Shown here: positions 26,338 through 40,891 of the stretch, piece by piece
Position numbering within the stretch: position 1 is the first letter of the stretch
How the letters are laid out: each line of letters opens with the position of its first letter
Origin: Eledone cirrhosa
Lineage: Eukaryota
Direction: 5' to 3'
Assembly (NCBI GenBank): GCA_964016885.1
Contig: OZ024753.1
Location: 44,144,001 to 44,208,000, forward strand
Length of the DNA: 64,000 bases
Position numbers and translations under genes: made by a program
Notes under the pieces: model-generated
What the model was told of the DNA's origin: nothing
The model's database searches: none
The model's input: only the letters and a program-made list of their open reading frames with translations

Positions 26338-27335
26338 AAAATCACCCAAGACACCTCCGAGATATACCTTGGAGGAGGCCAGCTAAACCTGCATAGGTGT
26401 GAGCTGTAACAACAGCAAAAACAGCAACAACAACCAAACAATCCCAATAAATTCAACCCTAGTAGTAATTTGTTTCAGTCGATTACATTCTGAGTTCAAA
26501 TACAGCAAAAGTTAAATCCGTCTTTCATCCTTTCAAGGTCGATAAAATGAAACGGGAGTCAAGTGGTGAGATGCTTTAATATTCTATAATGCATCGTAGA
26601 TATGAATGGAATTATAAGAGAAGGTACAGTTAGCTTCAATAAGGAAGTTATCAGCAGGAAACATGACAGCAAGTTTCACTGGTTTTTATTTCAACTGCAT
26701 TCTCACATGATAGATCTTAATACTATGGACACTTAGAAAAGAATGGTTCTGACTGGCTAAGTAGCTATTATATGTTACAATTGATATATTTTACTGAAGC
26801 TATCCTTTATCCTCAATACCACATCTTTAAATATTCTTTCATATTTACCTCACACATACACACACACATATATACACACATATATATATATATAAATATA
26901 TATATACACACACACAAATATAGATATATTCTTCATATTTCAGCCATATATTTAATATCAGCAGTTCTAAGATATATGTGTATGTATGTATGTTTGTGTG
27001 TGTGTGTGAGTGTATGTATGTTTGTTTGTGTATATATGTATATATACCCATGCTAGCGTGGAAGATAGATGTTAAACGATGATGATGATGATGATGATGC
27101 ATGTAGGTATATATGTATTTATGCATGTTTGTGTGTGTATGTATATACTTTCTTTCAATTTTTGACTGGCCACCTTCTTGGGGGCAAAGTTGTAAAGAAA
27201 AGAAACTTGTTGTTGCCTCTTGTGTAAGTGTTCATCATTTGAGCCACCAGTCTCAACACATTCCTCCCTATTTGTAATGCATTCCAGATCATTCTAGTTA
27301 TTTATTCCTCATGGGGAGGTAGTAGTGAGAAGACA

Positions 27336-28017
27336 TAACTATGAAGGAGTTATGCTAGAGCTGTGAAATCTTGCATGCATTAATTTCAACTCTTCTTATA
27401 CCCTCCATCAGGCATCTACCAAACTCTGAATACCTTGCTTCCCTGGGCATGGATTCATTGAAGCTCCGACGTCTGGCAACTGACTTGGTAAACACCCACA
27501 AAGTTATTAACCATCTTGCCAACATCAACCCTGAGCACCTTTTTAATTTCCATGTGTCTAACACACACAGGCATGCCAACAAAGTCAGAAAACAGCACAG
27601 TTCCCATGACTTTCGGAAACATTTTTTTCACGCTCAGAGTTGCTGAAGCATGGAACAAACTACCTGCATCAGTTAGTTGTTAGCTGTCGAGACACTGCAT
27701 CCTTTAAAACCTCCATGCTTCCTGAGATTCGCCAACACTACACCTGATGTCCTCCCTCCATACACACACACACACATGCATTTCATGACTCGTACACTGT
27801 TCATTTTTCCCGACATTTGTACATTATTCTATGTACTATACATGCACCTTTGATGAGTTGTAGTGCACCTGATCACTGTACACAATAATTATTATTATTA
27901 TCATTATTATTATAACTACATTGTTTCTTTCTACTGACTATTTAGAAAAATAAATCTCATTTGGTCATTCCATGAGAGTATCTTGGTCAGCCTATGAACT
28001 TTTCATCTGACTCTCGT
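27336..28017 (-). mobile_element. MITE family C split by a CR1 insertion
   Basis: 27336-27400 and 27912-28017 are contiguous parts of the family C consensus. Confidence 0.75.
27401..27911 (+). mobile_element. CR1-clade LINE 3' fragment
   Basis: LASLGMDSLKLRRLATDLVNTHKVIN...FRKHFF / LRVAEAWNKLPASV (frameshifted), typical CR1 ORF2 C-terminus, plus 3'UTR and (ATT)n tail. Confidence 0.85.
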
Positions 28018-28905
28018 ACATATAGAAAAGTCTTATAACCTGGGCAAATAAGACAAATTAACAGGGTATACAAAATATGAAACATACAAAAGCCATGGGT
28101 TCTCCCCCTTCTTCTGGGTGAGAGTTTCTCAGGAGTTCAGCACAGAATGAAAATATTTCACACATTGGTCAATTGATTGGCACCGAGTTCATTTGAAGAA
28201 TGGTGACTTTCAAAGACTTGATTATTTTTATTACAATGTAACCATGAATTTCACATTGAAAACTTCTGGATTTTATTTTTTCCCCCATTTCATTCTGAAG
28301 TGAAAGAATTCTTCTAAAATTTAACCCCCCCCCCAAAAAAAAAATATAAATAAAATAAAAAGGGACAAATTTTGAAGAAAATGTTCGCTAAATTTAAGTT
28401 AAGAACACTTGTATAGTGTGAACTACTTGTTATAACTTGGCATCAATGAAGGATTTAAACTGTCGTGATATCACACTCTCCCCATTGCATGTAAACAGTG
28501 TCTTTATTAACATCTATGGCCATTTCTTAAAGACAGAATTTACTTTATCACATTTATAAATCTGATATTGACCAACCTCTGGTAACATACTTTATTTCAT
28601 TAAATGACTGACAGGGAGCTTTGTAACAACTATTAAGACTAACCTTATATCATAACAACATACCTTGAAATTAATGCCACCACCGCTGCCACCAAATACT
28701 TCAAGAACAACAATAATAATAATAAAAATAAAAATAAAAATCTAGTTATTCCCATTCTTTTCATTCTTTTCTTTGCAGTCTTTTCCATTTGAAGAACATG
28801 TCAACCATACAATTTGTCTGCTCATTCAGAAAATTTCAAAGAAAATCTTTTTCATTCACTTCTCAGCCACAACCAGTTCCCAATTCTATCAGCTTGAAAG
28901 CCGAT

Positions 28906-29778
28906 GAATACACATGCTTGTATACACATACACACATACATGTATGTACTATCAAACTTGCATACACACACACACATACATCTATGTACTAACATGCTTG
29001 CATACACATACACACATACATGTATGTACTATCAAACTTGCATACACACACGTACATACATCTACGTACTAACATGCTTGTGCACACATACACACATACA
29101 TGTATGTACTAACATGCTTGTATACACATACACACATACATGTATGTACTAACATACTTGTATACACATACACACATACATGTATGTACTAACATGCTTG
29201 TATACACATACACACATACATGTATGTACTATCAAACTTGCATACACACACGCACAACATCTACGTACTAACATGCTTGCATACACATACGCACATACAT
29301 GTATGTACTATCAAGCTTGCATACACACACGCACAACATCTACGTACTAACATGCTTGTATACACATACGCACATACATGTATGTACTATCAAGCTTGCA
29401 TACACACATACATCTATGTACTAACATGCTTGTGCACACATACACATATACATGTATGTACTATCAAGCTTGCACACACATACATATATGTACAGACATG
29501 TTTACATACACATACACACATACATGTATGTACTAATAAGCTTGCATTCACATACATACCTGTATATATCTACTAATATACTTGCATACACATACACATA
29601 CACAAATATACTTGCATATACATACACACATACATCTATGTACTAATATATTTGCATATACATACACACATACATGTATGTAGTAATATATTTGCAAATA
29701 TATACGCACATACATGTATGTAGTAATATATTTGCATATATATACACACATACATGTATGTAGTAATATATTTGCATG
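28906..29778. repeat. ~40-bp minisatellite
   Basis: ACATGCTTGTATACACATACACACATACATGTATGTACTA and variants, about 20 units. Confidence 0.9.
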
Positions 29779-30030
29779 TGTGAACTCTCATGCTCACACT
29801 GTATACATAAACATACTCACAAACATGTCTGAAATGACATATACACACTAACATACCCACACACTGATATATACATACACATACACACAAAGACAGACAC
29901 ACTATAGCCATATTGAATACACATACACATACTTACAAACAGCCCTATAAACTTAATTCTCTGTATTCTGTTATGCTGTGTATACTTACATATACAAACA
30001 CACACACACAGACTCACACATGCATACACC

Positions 30031-30081
<51 letters not shown>

Positions 30082-30124
30082 ATATATATATATATATATC
30101 TGTATATACAGATATATATATCTG

Positions 30125-30156
<32 letters not shown>

Positions 30157-30292
30157 CACACACATATATATATCTGTATATATATAGATATATATACACA
30201 CACATCTCTATATATATCTCTATAATCTATATCTCTCTCTATATATATATATACACACATATATACATATATATATATATATATATACACAA

Positions 30293-30365
<73 letters not shown>

Positions 30366-30770
30366 TATATATATACACACACATATATATATACTTATAT
30401 GTATATGTGTGCTGACTAAAATGCACACATTGATATATACACACACACTCACACTTACACAGACAAGAACACACACATATATATACTCATGTATATATAT
30501 ATATATATACTCATGTATATATATATATACACACCTGCTTACAGAAATCTATGCAGTTATAGAGACATATATCTACAAGAAGTCATAGCCACAAAAAAAA
30601 TAAATAATTCTATGTAGACAGGAATACAGAAGCAGATAACATAGCTGACATTTATACAGAAGCCTATATTTGCATATTCACACACAGACACTCTCACATA
30701 CATATATTTCCACACACACACACACACACACACACATTTCCACACACACATTTCCACACACACACACACA

Positions 30771-30801
<31 letters not shown>

Positions 30802-30875
30802 TTTGTAAGCAGGGAAAGCGGTCTTTAAAATGACAACAATGATGATGATAATATATATATCTATATATCTCTGTT

Positions 30876-30916
<41 letters not shown>

Positions 30917-30949
30917 GTATGTGTATATATATCTATCTATATCTATCTA

Positions 30950-30998
<49 letters not shown>

Positions 30999-31105
30999 GT
31001 GTATATATATGTATGTATGTGTGTATATATATGTATGTATGTGTGTATATGTATGTGTATAAATATATATATGTATGTGTGTATATATTTGTATGTATGT
31101 GTATT

Positions 31106-31136
<31 letters not shown>

Positions 31137-31154
31137 ATATATATATATATGTAT

Positions 31155-31201
<47 letters not shown>

Positions 31202-31680
31202 AGGGAGAACGATAGAGAGATACAGAGAGAGTTGGAGAGACACAGAGAAAGAACTTCATTCTTTAGGAATTGCAGTCACAATGAATATAGTTCCCTCAAA
31301 TGTTTATCACCTTTCTTCAAACTGTAAACTAGCAAGAGAAGTCTTCACATATGACCGACATCGTTTTGACAGTTTGTATGGCTTCAATTACCAAATACTT
31401 TTAAGGAAAGCTTTCAAGATAATGTAAAACAATGACTAACTATTTAGTCCTGATTATAGGGCAGCAACGACAGAACTCAGTCAGTTGACTTAATGTCATA
31501 TAATATTTAACACTTGAAAATCTATTTGCTTTTCTTATGAAAAGCTACTATAATACATATTATGTGTGTGTGTGTGTGTGTATGTATGTATCGACAGTTG
31601 ATCGACTTTCGTCAAATCGGACCGAGGAAACAATGTTTCCGTTGGTCTTTCCAATTGCTAGTACTATCTATCGGTCGCAA

Positions 31681-31811
31681 CTCCAGGTAGAAGGAGCAAC
31701 GTGAAATAAAGTGTCTTGCTCAAGGACATAACGCATCGCCAGGTCCGGGAATCGAACTCACAACCTCACGATTAGGAATCCAATTCTCTAACCACTCGGC
31801 CACACGCCTTC
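31681..31811 (-). mobile_element. tRNA-derived CORE-like SINE related to family A
   Basis: Minus head TGGCCGAGTGG ... GAGTTCGATTCCC followed by CCTTGAGCAAGACACTTTATTTCAC. Confidence 0.8.
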
Positions 31812-32481
31812 ACATATGTATGTATGTATGTATGTGTGTGTGTGTATGTGTGTGTGTGTATGTGTATGTATGTATGTGTATATGTGCGTGTGTGTGTATG
31901 TATGTATGTATGTGTGTGTGTATGTGTATGTATGTATGTATGTGTATATGTGCGTGTGTGTGTATGTATGTATGTATGTATGTGTGTGTGTGTGTATGTG
32001 TATGTATGTATGTGTATATGTGCGTGTGTGTGTATGTATGTATGTATGTGTGTGTGTGTATGTGTGTGTGTGTATGTGTATGTATGTATGTATGTGTATA
32101 TGTGCGTGTGTGTGTATGTCTGGTCCCGTAACTCCCGAGGAAGTCATAGGGGCACCTTAGTTACATATGTCGTTTGTTGGGGCCATTTTTGCAAGCCTGA
32201 TGGGGCCTATCCCCTCTCCTGGTCCCAACGCAACCTATTCCTAATTCTTCCAAAGAAGGATAGAGAGAGGTAAGAGAACAAAACGTGATAAAGAGATGTA
32301 GAGGAAGAATCGACCCCAGTATAAGACTGGTACTTTTTGTATCGACCTTGGCAGGATTAGAACTTAGAGAGTAGAGAGCCAGACTGGATATCACAAAGCA
32401 TTCTATTTGGCATCGTAACAACTCTGTCAATTCACAGTCTATGTATTATGTATAAAATAGTCTAAGACAAGTGAATTGTGT

Positions 32482-32628
32482 TCCCTCTCCATACACATAC
32501 CCACATGTATACCATGTATACACTATTCACTTCCCTGACATTTGTGTATTATTCTATGTACTATACATACACCTTTGACGAGTTGTAGTGCACCTGAGCA
32601 CTTTACACAATAATTTCATTATTATTTT
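32482..32628 (+). mobile_element. CR1 3'UTR fragment
   Basis: Matches 2533-2677 and 27753-27900. Confidence 0.75.
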
Positions 32629-33238
32629 TAATTACCCCTGGAGACAGAAAAAAGGTGAACAGAGGCGCCTGCAGAAAAATGAACTGTGCATTTCTCTCAC
32701 TCTCTCTTCTTCTCTGGAATAAATCAGCTACGTTCACACCTGAAGACAGATGGGCTATACCAGATATAAAATGCCCAAGATGGCATATCAGGGCAACCCC
32801 CAATGTCTTCATAAAGAGTTAAGGACCCTTTCCTTTGCTCGTATGTCAGGACACCCCCTCCCCCCTATGTCTTCATAAAGAGTTAATAACCATTTCCTTT
32901 GCTCACAAACTAAATAAACCTCTGTATTCCTCCTAAAGTGTCCTCTGTGATAACATTCAGTGTGAGGATCTGTCTCTTGTGTCCATCAATGTAAACACTG
33001 TTCTGGTTTTTCTTGTGATCAACATAATCAATATTATTGGAACAGAAATGATTTTTATATTAGAAGTAATAGCAGCTACATATGTTTTTTGTTGTTTTTT
33101 TTTTGTCAATTGAAATTTTGAAGTTATCTACCTTTGCTATGTTGAGAGATAATTTAATTAATATCAATGACTTTTCTTTTCATTAAAGATGGATATAATT
33201 TCAACTGATTAAAGATTATTTACAGGTCAATTTATTAA

Positions 33239-33510
33239 CCCTTTCATTACCATATTTCTAACGAAAGACACTGCCTATGTCATTAACTCTTTCAATACCA
33301 TATTTCTAACGAAAGACATTTCTTATGATTTTCAAATAATTTTGAATATAATCAAGAATTTGGAGGTCTTTCCCATTATAAAGCTGGTATTTGAAACATA
33401 TAAAACTATAGTGAAAGTTTTTTAGTTTTTTATAAATATGAAGTTTTCAAAATAAGCAGGTTTTTTATGATAGAAGCAGAGGTGATTTCAAGCAGTTTGG
33501 TACTAAAGGG
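33239..33510. mobile_element. piggyBac-type MITE
   Basis: TTAA-CCCTTT...AAAGGG-TTAA; related end amplified in tandem at 36405-36583. Confidence 0.7.
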
Positions 33511-34006
33511 TTAAGTGTGTTGTTGTTCTTCTTCTTTAAACAATCGTCAATATCCCAAGGAAACAACATTTCTAATTGCTGATATTATCTACTGGTCGCA
33601 ACTCTTGGCAAAAGTGTGTTAGCTTGCACTTAGCTATATGTTGTTCATGCAGAAGACATCATTTTTCCAATGTATAAGAATGGCTTCATGAAATAAGACT
33701 TTAATTCTCTGATGTGTTTTGATATTGACAGCTCTACTATATGTACTTTGTCTTCACTACATTTGTTTCACTCCTATCTATTCAGGTTTTCGGAAATACC
33801 TGAGTACTTGACATCAACAGATTATTTTATCATTGTCAGATGATTTCATGAAAGGACAGCTGTTGTGTTGAATGTCGATGATGTTTTCTACTAAGTAGGC
33901 TTTCATTGATTTCAACAAAGCAGCAATGATGTTATTGAAAATTAATTTTTCTCCTGACCTTAAAATCTTTCTATCTATGTAGATCTTTCTATTCTCAGTG
34001 ACCTTT

Positions 34007-34079
34007 TTACAGATAATCAGTGTCTTCATTTTCTAATATAATGTCTGACAGTCCGAACTCTTCTCTTTCTTTCTCTTTC
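34007..34079 (-). CDS. Candidate terminal exon, unknown protein
   Basis: Acceptor ttatttttag; reads KEKEREEFGLSDIILENEDTDYL*; phase-compatible with 35952-36052. Confidence 0.25.
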
Positions 34080-34509
34080 CTAAAAATAATTAAATAAAAA
34101 TAAAAAAAGATACACATATAATTAAATATAAACTAAAAAATCAAAACATCATACTACTGACATTTGTATCTTAAGAAAGAAAAAATACAAGGAAAAAAAA
34201 AAAAAAGAAATTGACTTTGCTTGGATGGAATCTGTTTTCAGTTGTAATGGTTCAACCTTATCAGAAATGTTCTGAAAGTTAATACTTTGTGTCTTTCAAA
34301 TTCATAGTAGATGTCTGACTATGTCTTTTATTACATCTCATTAAACTTAGGTGTGTCAGCCTTGCTGGAAACTGTCACAGGATCGAGAAAGGAATGAAAC
34401 TTGTCAGCTTTAACTAAGACACATCTAACTAGTCGGCATCTTAGTTGATGCCATCATCATCACCATCACCATCACCGTCGTCATCATTGTCATGATTTTA
34501 TATAGTGCT

Positions 34510-35160
34510 CATGCCATGCACCCAGTACACTCTGTAAAGTGGTAGTACTGATGGCATGATAAAAATACACCCAGTACACTCTGTAAAGTGGTAGTGTTGG
34601 TGTCATGATAAAATGCACCCAGTACACTCTGTAAAGTGGTATTGCTGGTGCCATGATAAAATGTACCCAGTACACTCTGCAAAGCGGTAGTGCAATGCCA
34701 TGATAAAATGTACCCAGTACACTCTGCAAAGCGGTAGCGCAGTCCCACGATAAAATGTACCCATTACACACTGTAAAGCGGTAGTGCTGGTGCCATGATA
34801 AAATGTACCCATTACACACTGTAAAGCGGTAGTGCAGTCCCACGATAAAATGTACCCAGTACACTCTGTAAAGCGGTAGTGCAGTGCCATGATGAAATAC
34901 ACCCAGTACACTCTGTAAAGTGATAGTGTTAATGCCAAGATAAAGCAAATGTTGAAAACTCTGTAAAATAGTTCTAGTGCCATGGTAAAATGTAGTCGTT
35001 ACACTCTGGTATTAGGAAGAGGAGCTTCCAATCATGGAAATCATGCTAGAATTGGAACATATAAGCAAGGGGAAGTCTCTGTCACCCTTCAGGACTCAGA
35101 CTATGGCAACCTGTCAAACCCATGCAGGCATGGGAAATAGTTATAAAATGATGATGACGA
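34510..35160 (+). repeat. ~47-bp minisatellite (about 10 units) followed by a decayed SINE-like tail
   Basis: CACCCAGTACACTCTGTAAAGTGGTAGTGCTGGTGCCATGATAAAATG repeats, then GGTATTAGGAAG and CATGCAGGCATGGGAAA...ATGATGATG. Confidence 0.85.
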
Positions 35161-35326
35161 TATGTAACAATTCAATATATAACTGGAATTAACTAAACTT
35201 AAATAAACCTGTTGTTGTTGTTGTTGTAGCGTGGTGAATCTTTTTACTTTTGAGTGAAATATTTCATAGATATCTTTTTATTTTGCTCAACTGTTTAAAG
35301 CTTCTCCCCCCCCCCCACACACACAT

Positions 35327-35705
35327 ACTATCTTTATCTCTCTAATACACACACACACACACGTGTTCTTCCTCTCTCTCTCTCCCTTACACACACACAC
35401 ACTATCTTTATCTCTCTAATACACACACACACACGTGTTCTTCCTCTCTCTCTCTCCCTTACACACACACACACTATCTTTATCTCTCTAATACACACAC
35501 ACACACGTGTTCTTCCTCTCTCTCTCTCCCTTACACACACACACACTATCTTTATCTCTCTAATACACACACACACGCGTGTTCTTCCTCTCTCTCTCTC
35601 CCTTACACACACACACACTATCTTTATCTCTCTAATACACACACACACGCGTGTTCTTCCTCTCTCTCTCTCCCTTACACACACACACACTATCTTTATC
35701 TCTCT
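35327..35705. repeat. 72-bp minisatellite x5
   Basis: Units start at ~35327, 35401, 35473, 35545, 35617. Confidence 0.9.
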
Positions 35706-35951
35706 CTCCCTCTTTTTCTTTTCCACCTTCTTTCTTATTAGTTTTTAAGTTTTCCCAAACATAACAGAAAAAGAAAACACTACAACCAAAATGAAACAAT
35801 CTCTACTCCCACAGATAAGACATGTTAAATTGTTAAAGATTTTTGTTTTGCAGCTTGTAAGATTCTTGTTAACATCTGACCCACTTCCTCAAGAGATGTT
35901 CCATTTTTCTTTTAATTTAGATTACCATAATGGAAATAGGATTTCAATTAC

Positions 35952-36052
35952 TTTTCTTTCCTTCTTCCACTTCTTCCCTGAAATCTGCCTTCGATTGCCT
36001 TGTTATTGATGATTTCCCAATCAGCCATAGCTTTGAACACCATGAACAGATA
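35952..36052 (-). CDS. Candidate internal exon, unknown protein
   Basis: gatttcag|YLFMVFKAMADWEIINNKAIEGRFQGRSGRRKE|gtaatt; a second frame is also open. Confidence 0.25.
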
Positions 36053-37488
36053 CTGAAATCAATAACAGACTTCCTATTCTCTCTTGTAAAAACATATGGG
36101 AATATGTCTAGGTTTTCTTCCTTCATATTGATCAATAATAATATTTTTTTCACTTATCTCTACTACAACACATTTTTTTAAGGACATTTTGTTATTAAAG
36201 TGTCTGTCCCCCCACCCTGGTTCTCTCATATGAAGCTGTATGCTTTAAAGTGGTTATATTTGTCAAAAAACCTTTCCTCATAATTCTATGTAAGAACCTT
36301 TGTTAAGTTATGATCTAAATTGCAGCTTAATTATAGGAAACTTAGATATGTTGCTAAATACCATTAAATTCTTCATTATTTTCAAAATTATTTGAAAAAC
36401 ATACAGTGTCTTTCATTAGAAATATGGTAATGAAAGGATTAATGAGATAGACAGTGTCTTTCATTAGAAATATGGTAATGGAAGGGTTAATGACATAGGT
36501 AATGTCTTTCATTAGAAATATGGTAATGAAAAAGTTAATGACATACAGTGTCTTTCATTAGAAATATGGTAATGAAAGAGTTAAAGCCATTTATCCTGCA
36601 GAATATGCATTGTTGGCACCAGGTCAAGCTTAATCATAGACAGTTTAGTTTTTATTTAAATAATAACTAATATTTCATTGACCTGAGAAAGATAAAATGT
36701 GGAGTTGACCTTAACAAGATTCCAACTGAGAGTACAAGAACTCGGAATATATATCATGGAATTCTGTCTGGCACTTTAATATTGGCAAGACAATCCTTCA
36801 TTGTATAATAATTGTTTCTACGTTAGGCACAAGGCCAGCAATCACCCAGTGCATTACTGGTACTTTATTTTATCGACGCCATAAGGATGAAAGGCAAAGT
36901 CAACCTCGGCGGGATTTGTAAGGTACTGTTCTCAAAATAAATAATATCAAAATCTCATAAATTCGATATTATTTGAGATAACTATGTAAGATAAAGCCTT
37001 TACCACGAGAATACAATAGTAAATATAGAGTAATGTAAATGTTAAAGCGATAACAATACTACCAAGCCAACACTTTCCTTCAGCGTATAATTGTTTCTAC
37101 TTTAGGCATAAGGCCAGCAATTTGAAGGGGAGAGGAAAGTCGATTAAATCGATCCCAGTACATTACTGGTGATAATAAGTCCTCGTCTGAGAAATTCAGA
37201 CAAATCTAATATGAAGTTAGATAAGTGTGAAAATCAAAAGATTTCTCTATTCACATATGATCAGCCAGCAACTTAGAAAGTTCTTCAGGGTGTTAATTTA
37301 ATATTTCTGTTCATATAGTTTTAACACCAGATTGTCTGTAAATGTCCTCCTTAAAACATCTGCATCTTCCTTTAGATTGTAGTGTCACTAACATCTTACA
37401 TTCTTCTATCATCTCACTTAACAAGTAACATAGCTGTAGACTTTAACTCTTATCAAAATACAATGTAGAGAAAACAAAATCCAGACAA

Positions 37489-38068
37489 CAATAATAATAA
37501 TGAAATTACTGTGTACAGTGCTCAGGTGCACTACAACTCATCAAAGGTGCATGAATAATATACAAATGTCAGGGAAGTACACAGAATAATATACAAATGT
37601 CAGGGAAGTGAACAGTGTATGAGTCATGATATACATGTGTGCATGTGTATGAAGGGGGACATCAGGTGTAGTGTTGGCAAATTTCAGGAAGCATGGAAGT
37701 TTTAAAGGATGCAGTGTCTCGACAGCTAACAACTGATACAGGTAGTTTGTTCCATGGAGGTTTTAAAGGATGCAGTGTCTCGACAGCTAACAACTGATGC
37801 GGGTAGTTTGTTCCATGGAGGTTTGAAAGGATGCAGTGTCTCGACAGCTAACAACTGATGCGGGTAGTTTGTTCCATGGAGGTTTTAAAGAATGCAGTGT
37901 CTCAACAGCTAACAACTGATGCAGGTAGTTTGTTCCAAAAAATGTTTCCGAAATGTTTCCGAAAGTCATGGGAGCTGTACTATTTTCTGACTTTGTTGGC
38001 AGGCTTACGTGACACATGGAAATCAAAAAGGTACTCAGGGTTGTTGTTGGCAAGATGGTTAATAATTT
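37489..38068 (-). mobile_element. CR1 3' fragment with internal 61-bp x4 tandem amplification
   Basis: Reverse complement of the 27500-27900 family; repeat units at 37692, 37753, 37814, 37875. Confidence 0.85.
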
Positions 38069-38797
38069 TAATGGTTTCTGAACAAGGCCACCAATTTTGG
38101 GTGAGTGCAAAGTTGATTAAATTGACGCCCCAGTGCATTACTGGTACTTTCATATTCCAATATATTCTGAATTTAGGATGTATTTCTCAAAAGAAAAGAA
38201 TCAGAGTGTAGTTGTTTAAAATAATTTAGTCTTTCTATTTTTCTCTCTTGTATTTACAATTTACATTGTGCGGGCTCTCCCAGAACAACCATAAACACAC
38301 ATCTCTCAGAACGCTTCATAAAACTGTATAATGTATATTTTATCAATGTTACTAAATTATCATTGATTAATATAAATTTTCAAATCTTTAAATATCTGAA
38401 GGCACAACCTAGGAATCTTTGGAATACTTCATCACCCCTGTTGAAAGACATGACACTAATGCACTAAAAGAAATCTATTAAAAAATTATATTTATTGAAT
38501 TAGTCAACAAAATATGCTGTCAAAATAATTCCTAAAAAACTCTTGATAGCATTTTATTCTTTACACTTTCCATTTGTAATTATAAAAAAACATGTCGCCT
38601 ATATATCTCCAACCCTGTTAGCCAGCATTGACAATGAATAGTAAGGAGATTCAAAACGAACATCTTCTGCTTTCACTTATAATTTCATTTACAGAAATAG
38701 AATAAAAACTGCAAACTGTATATATCTCTTAATTCAATGTCAGACAATTTATCTGGTTACTTGCATGCTCCTGTCATAAACATAAAATGGCAGTTAC

Positions 38798-38909
38798 TGC
38801 AATCAAGTTTTTCGATGAATCTTTCTTGTTAATAAAACAGAAAAACATTTTGGTCCACGCTTTTTCAACAGGGTTCAGATTTTTTAACCTGCACTTATTT
38901 TCCAACACT
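38798..38909 (-). CDS. Candidate internal exon, unknown protein
   Basis: ctatttttcag|VLENKCRLKNLNPVEKAWTKMFFCFINKKDSSKNLIA|gtaact; only one open frame. Confidence 0.2.
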
Positions 38910-39278
38910 CTGAAAAATAGTTTTAGCAATGAAGAAAATATACAACGCAGTTTATATTTTTATACATTTCTCTTCTATATATTTGTGTCCATTAAAAGTA
39001 AAAAAAAAAAGAATTATATTATTTAGTTTTCGTTATAAAGGGTTAAAAAACTTGCTTGTTAAAACATTTCTTAAGAAAATTCATAGAATTGTTGGTCCAA
39101 TATATAAAGAAAATAAGTTAGACTTTGTAAAGAAGGTATTGCATACAGAGATAGAAATATATAAAGTAACTTGTCTTTAATGTGTAGTGTATAGGTGTGT
39201 GTGTGTGTGTGTGCATCCACACGTACACACTTATACATTCTCTCACTATCTCACACACATATATGTATGTATATATAC

Positions 39279-39318
<40 letters not shown>

Positions 39319-39355
39319 ATAAACATATGTGTATGTATATATACATATGTGTGTG

Positions 39356-39389
<34 letters not shown>

Positions 39390-39831
39390 AAAAGAGATAC
39401 ACACACACACACACACACATATATTAATACATACACTCAGACATAATTGGGAGGACACTTGAGAAAATGCCTTACAGGATTTTATATATATAATTATGTA
39501 TTTATATATTTATAATTCTTCCCTGCAGCCAAAAAGCTTTTACAAAACTATTTACTGTTTTGGCAGGTTTACTCTTTGAATAATGTCGAAGTCTTTTGAT
39601 GTACAACAGAGATTTTGTTTTTGTTCTATTACCACAGAAGTGATTTAAGATGAGTTGTAAACATAATCAGTTTAGATTTTACACTGTTTTTTCTTTTTTC
39701 TTTTTCTTTCTTATTAAATAATACTTTAACAGTATAGATTTAAATTAGAGAGATTTAATATATGTGTGTGTGTGTATATATATATATACACACACACATA
39801 TATATATATATACACACACATATATATATAT

Positions 39832-39862
<31 letters not shown>

Positions 39863-39939
39863 CACACACACATATATATATATATATATATGTGTGTGTA
39901 TATATATATATACATACACACCCACATATATACACACAC

Positions 39940-39988
<49 letters not shown>

Positions 39989-39997
39989 GTATATATG

Positions 39998-40095
39998 CAG
40001 GGTGTCCCAAAAATGTGTACACACTTTGATTACCTGTACAGGTAATATTTATTAGAATGCTGCCGAAGTCTGTATACATTTTTTGGGACACCCTG
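39998..40095. mobile_element. 98-bp Tc1/mariner-type MITE
   Basis: TIRs CAGGGTGTCCCAAAAATGTGTACACACTT / AAGTCTGTATACATTTTTTGGGACACCCTG inside (TA)n. Confidence 0.85.
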
Positions 40096-40176
<81 letters not shown>

Positions 40177-40559
40177 AGAAAATGCAAAATAGTTTCAGAT
40201 GTAAAAATCCTTTATTGATAAGGCTATGATATATATTTCAATGACGATAGTTGAATTAGATGATGCTGCTGTAATGACTGAATATAATATGGAAACAAAT
40301 TCAAATATTTTTCCATTCTGTGGGTTATATGCTGATAATCATTAGACTATTGTATTTAGTCAAAGTTATGGTGAAATCTTTTAATTCAAGTTTCAAATTC
40401 AGTTCAACGTTTTCTAAATACACACATAGACTCACAGAGACACACACAGACACACATAGATGTATACAAAAAGTAAACAAACAACGAAGCAAAAGACAGT
40501 ACAATCAAGAAATATATTAGTTTAATGCTTGATATAGTAGAAGAGTACATATATATATA

Positions 40560-40891
40560 TCATTTCATCATACGTCCGCTTTTTCCCTGCTTGCAAGGGT
40601 GGGACGGGAACTGATTCTGGCTTGATTTCTACAGCTGGATGCCCTTCCTAACACCAACCTCATTTACAGTGAGTGCTGGGTGCTTTTTTGCCGTGGCACC
40701 TCAACGACCACTTTGCAGTGGAATGATAGGGACCCCAGTCCCTATCATCTCATTTCTACAGCTGAGTAAACTGGAGCAATGTGAAATAAAGTGTCTTGCT
40801 CAAGGAAACAACACATCACCCGGTCTGAGAATTGAACTCACAACCTTTCGATTGCAAGGCCAATGCTCTAGCCACTAAGCTATGTGCCTCC
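40560..40891 (-). mobile_element. SINE family A, full length
   Basis: Near-identical to 15468-15809. Confidence 0.9.

Noticed and set aside
28760-28900. Methyltransferase motif I-like LIELGTGCG on the minus strand
   Set aside because: Immediately followed by in-frame stops; no other motifs
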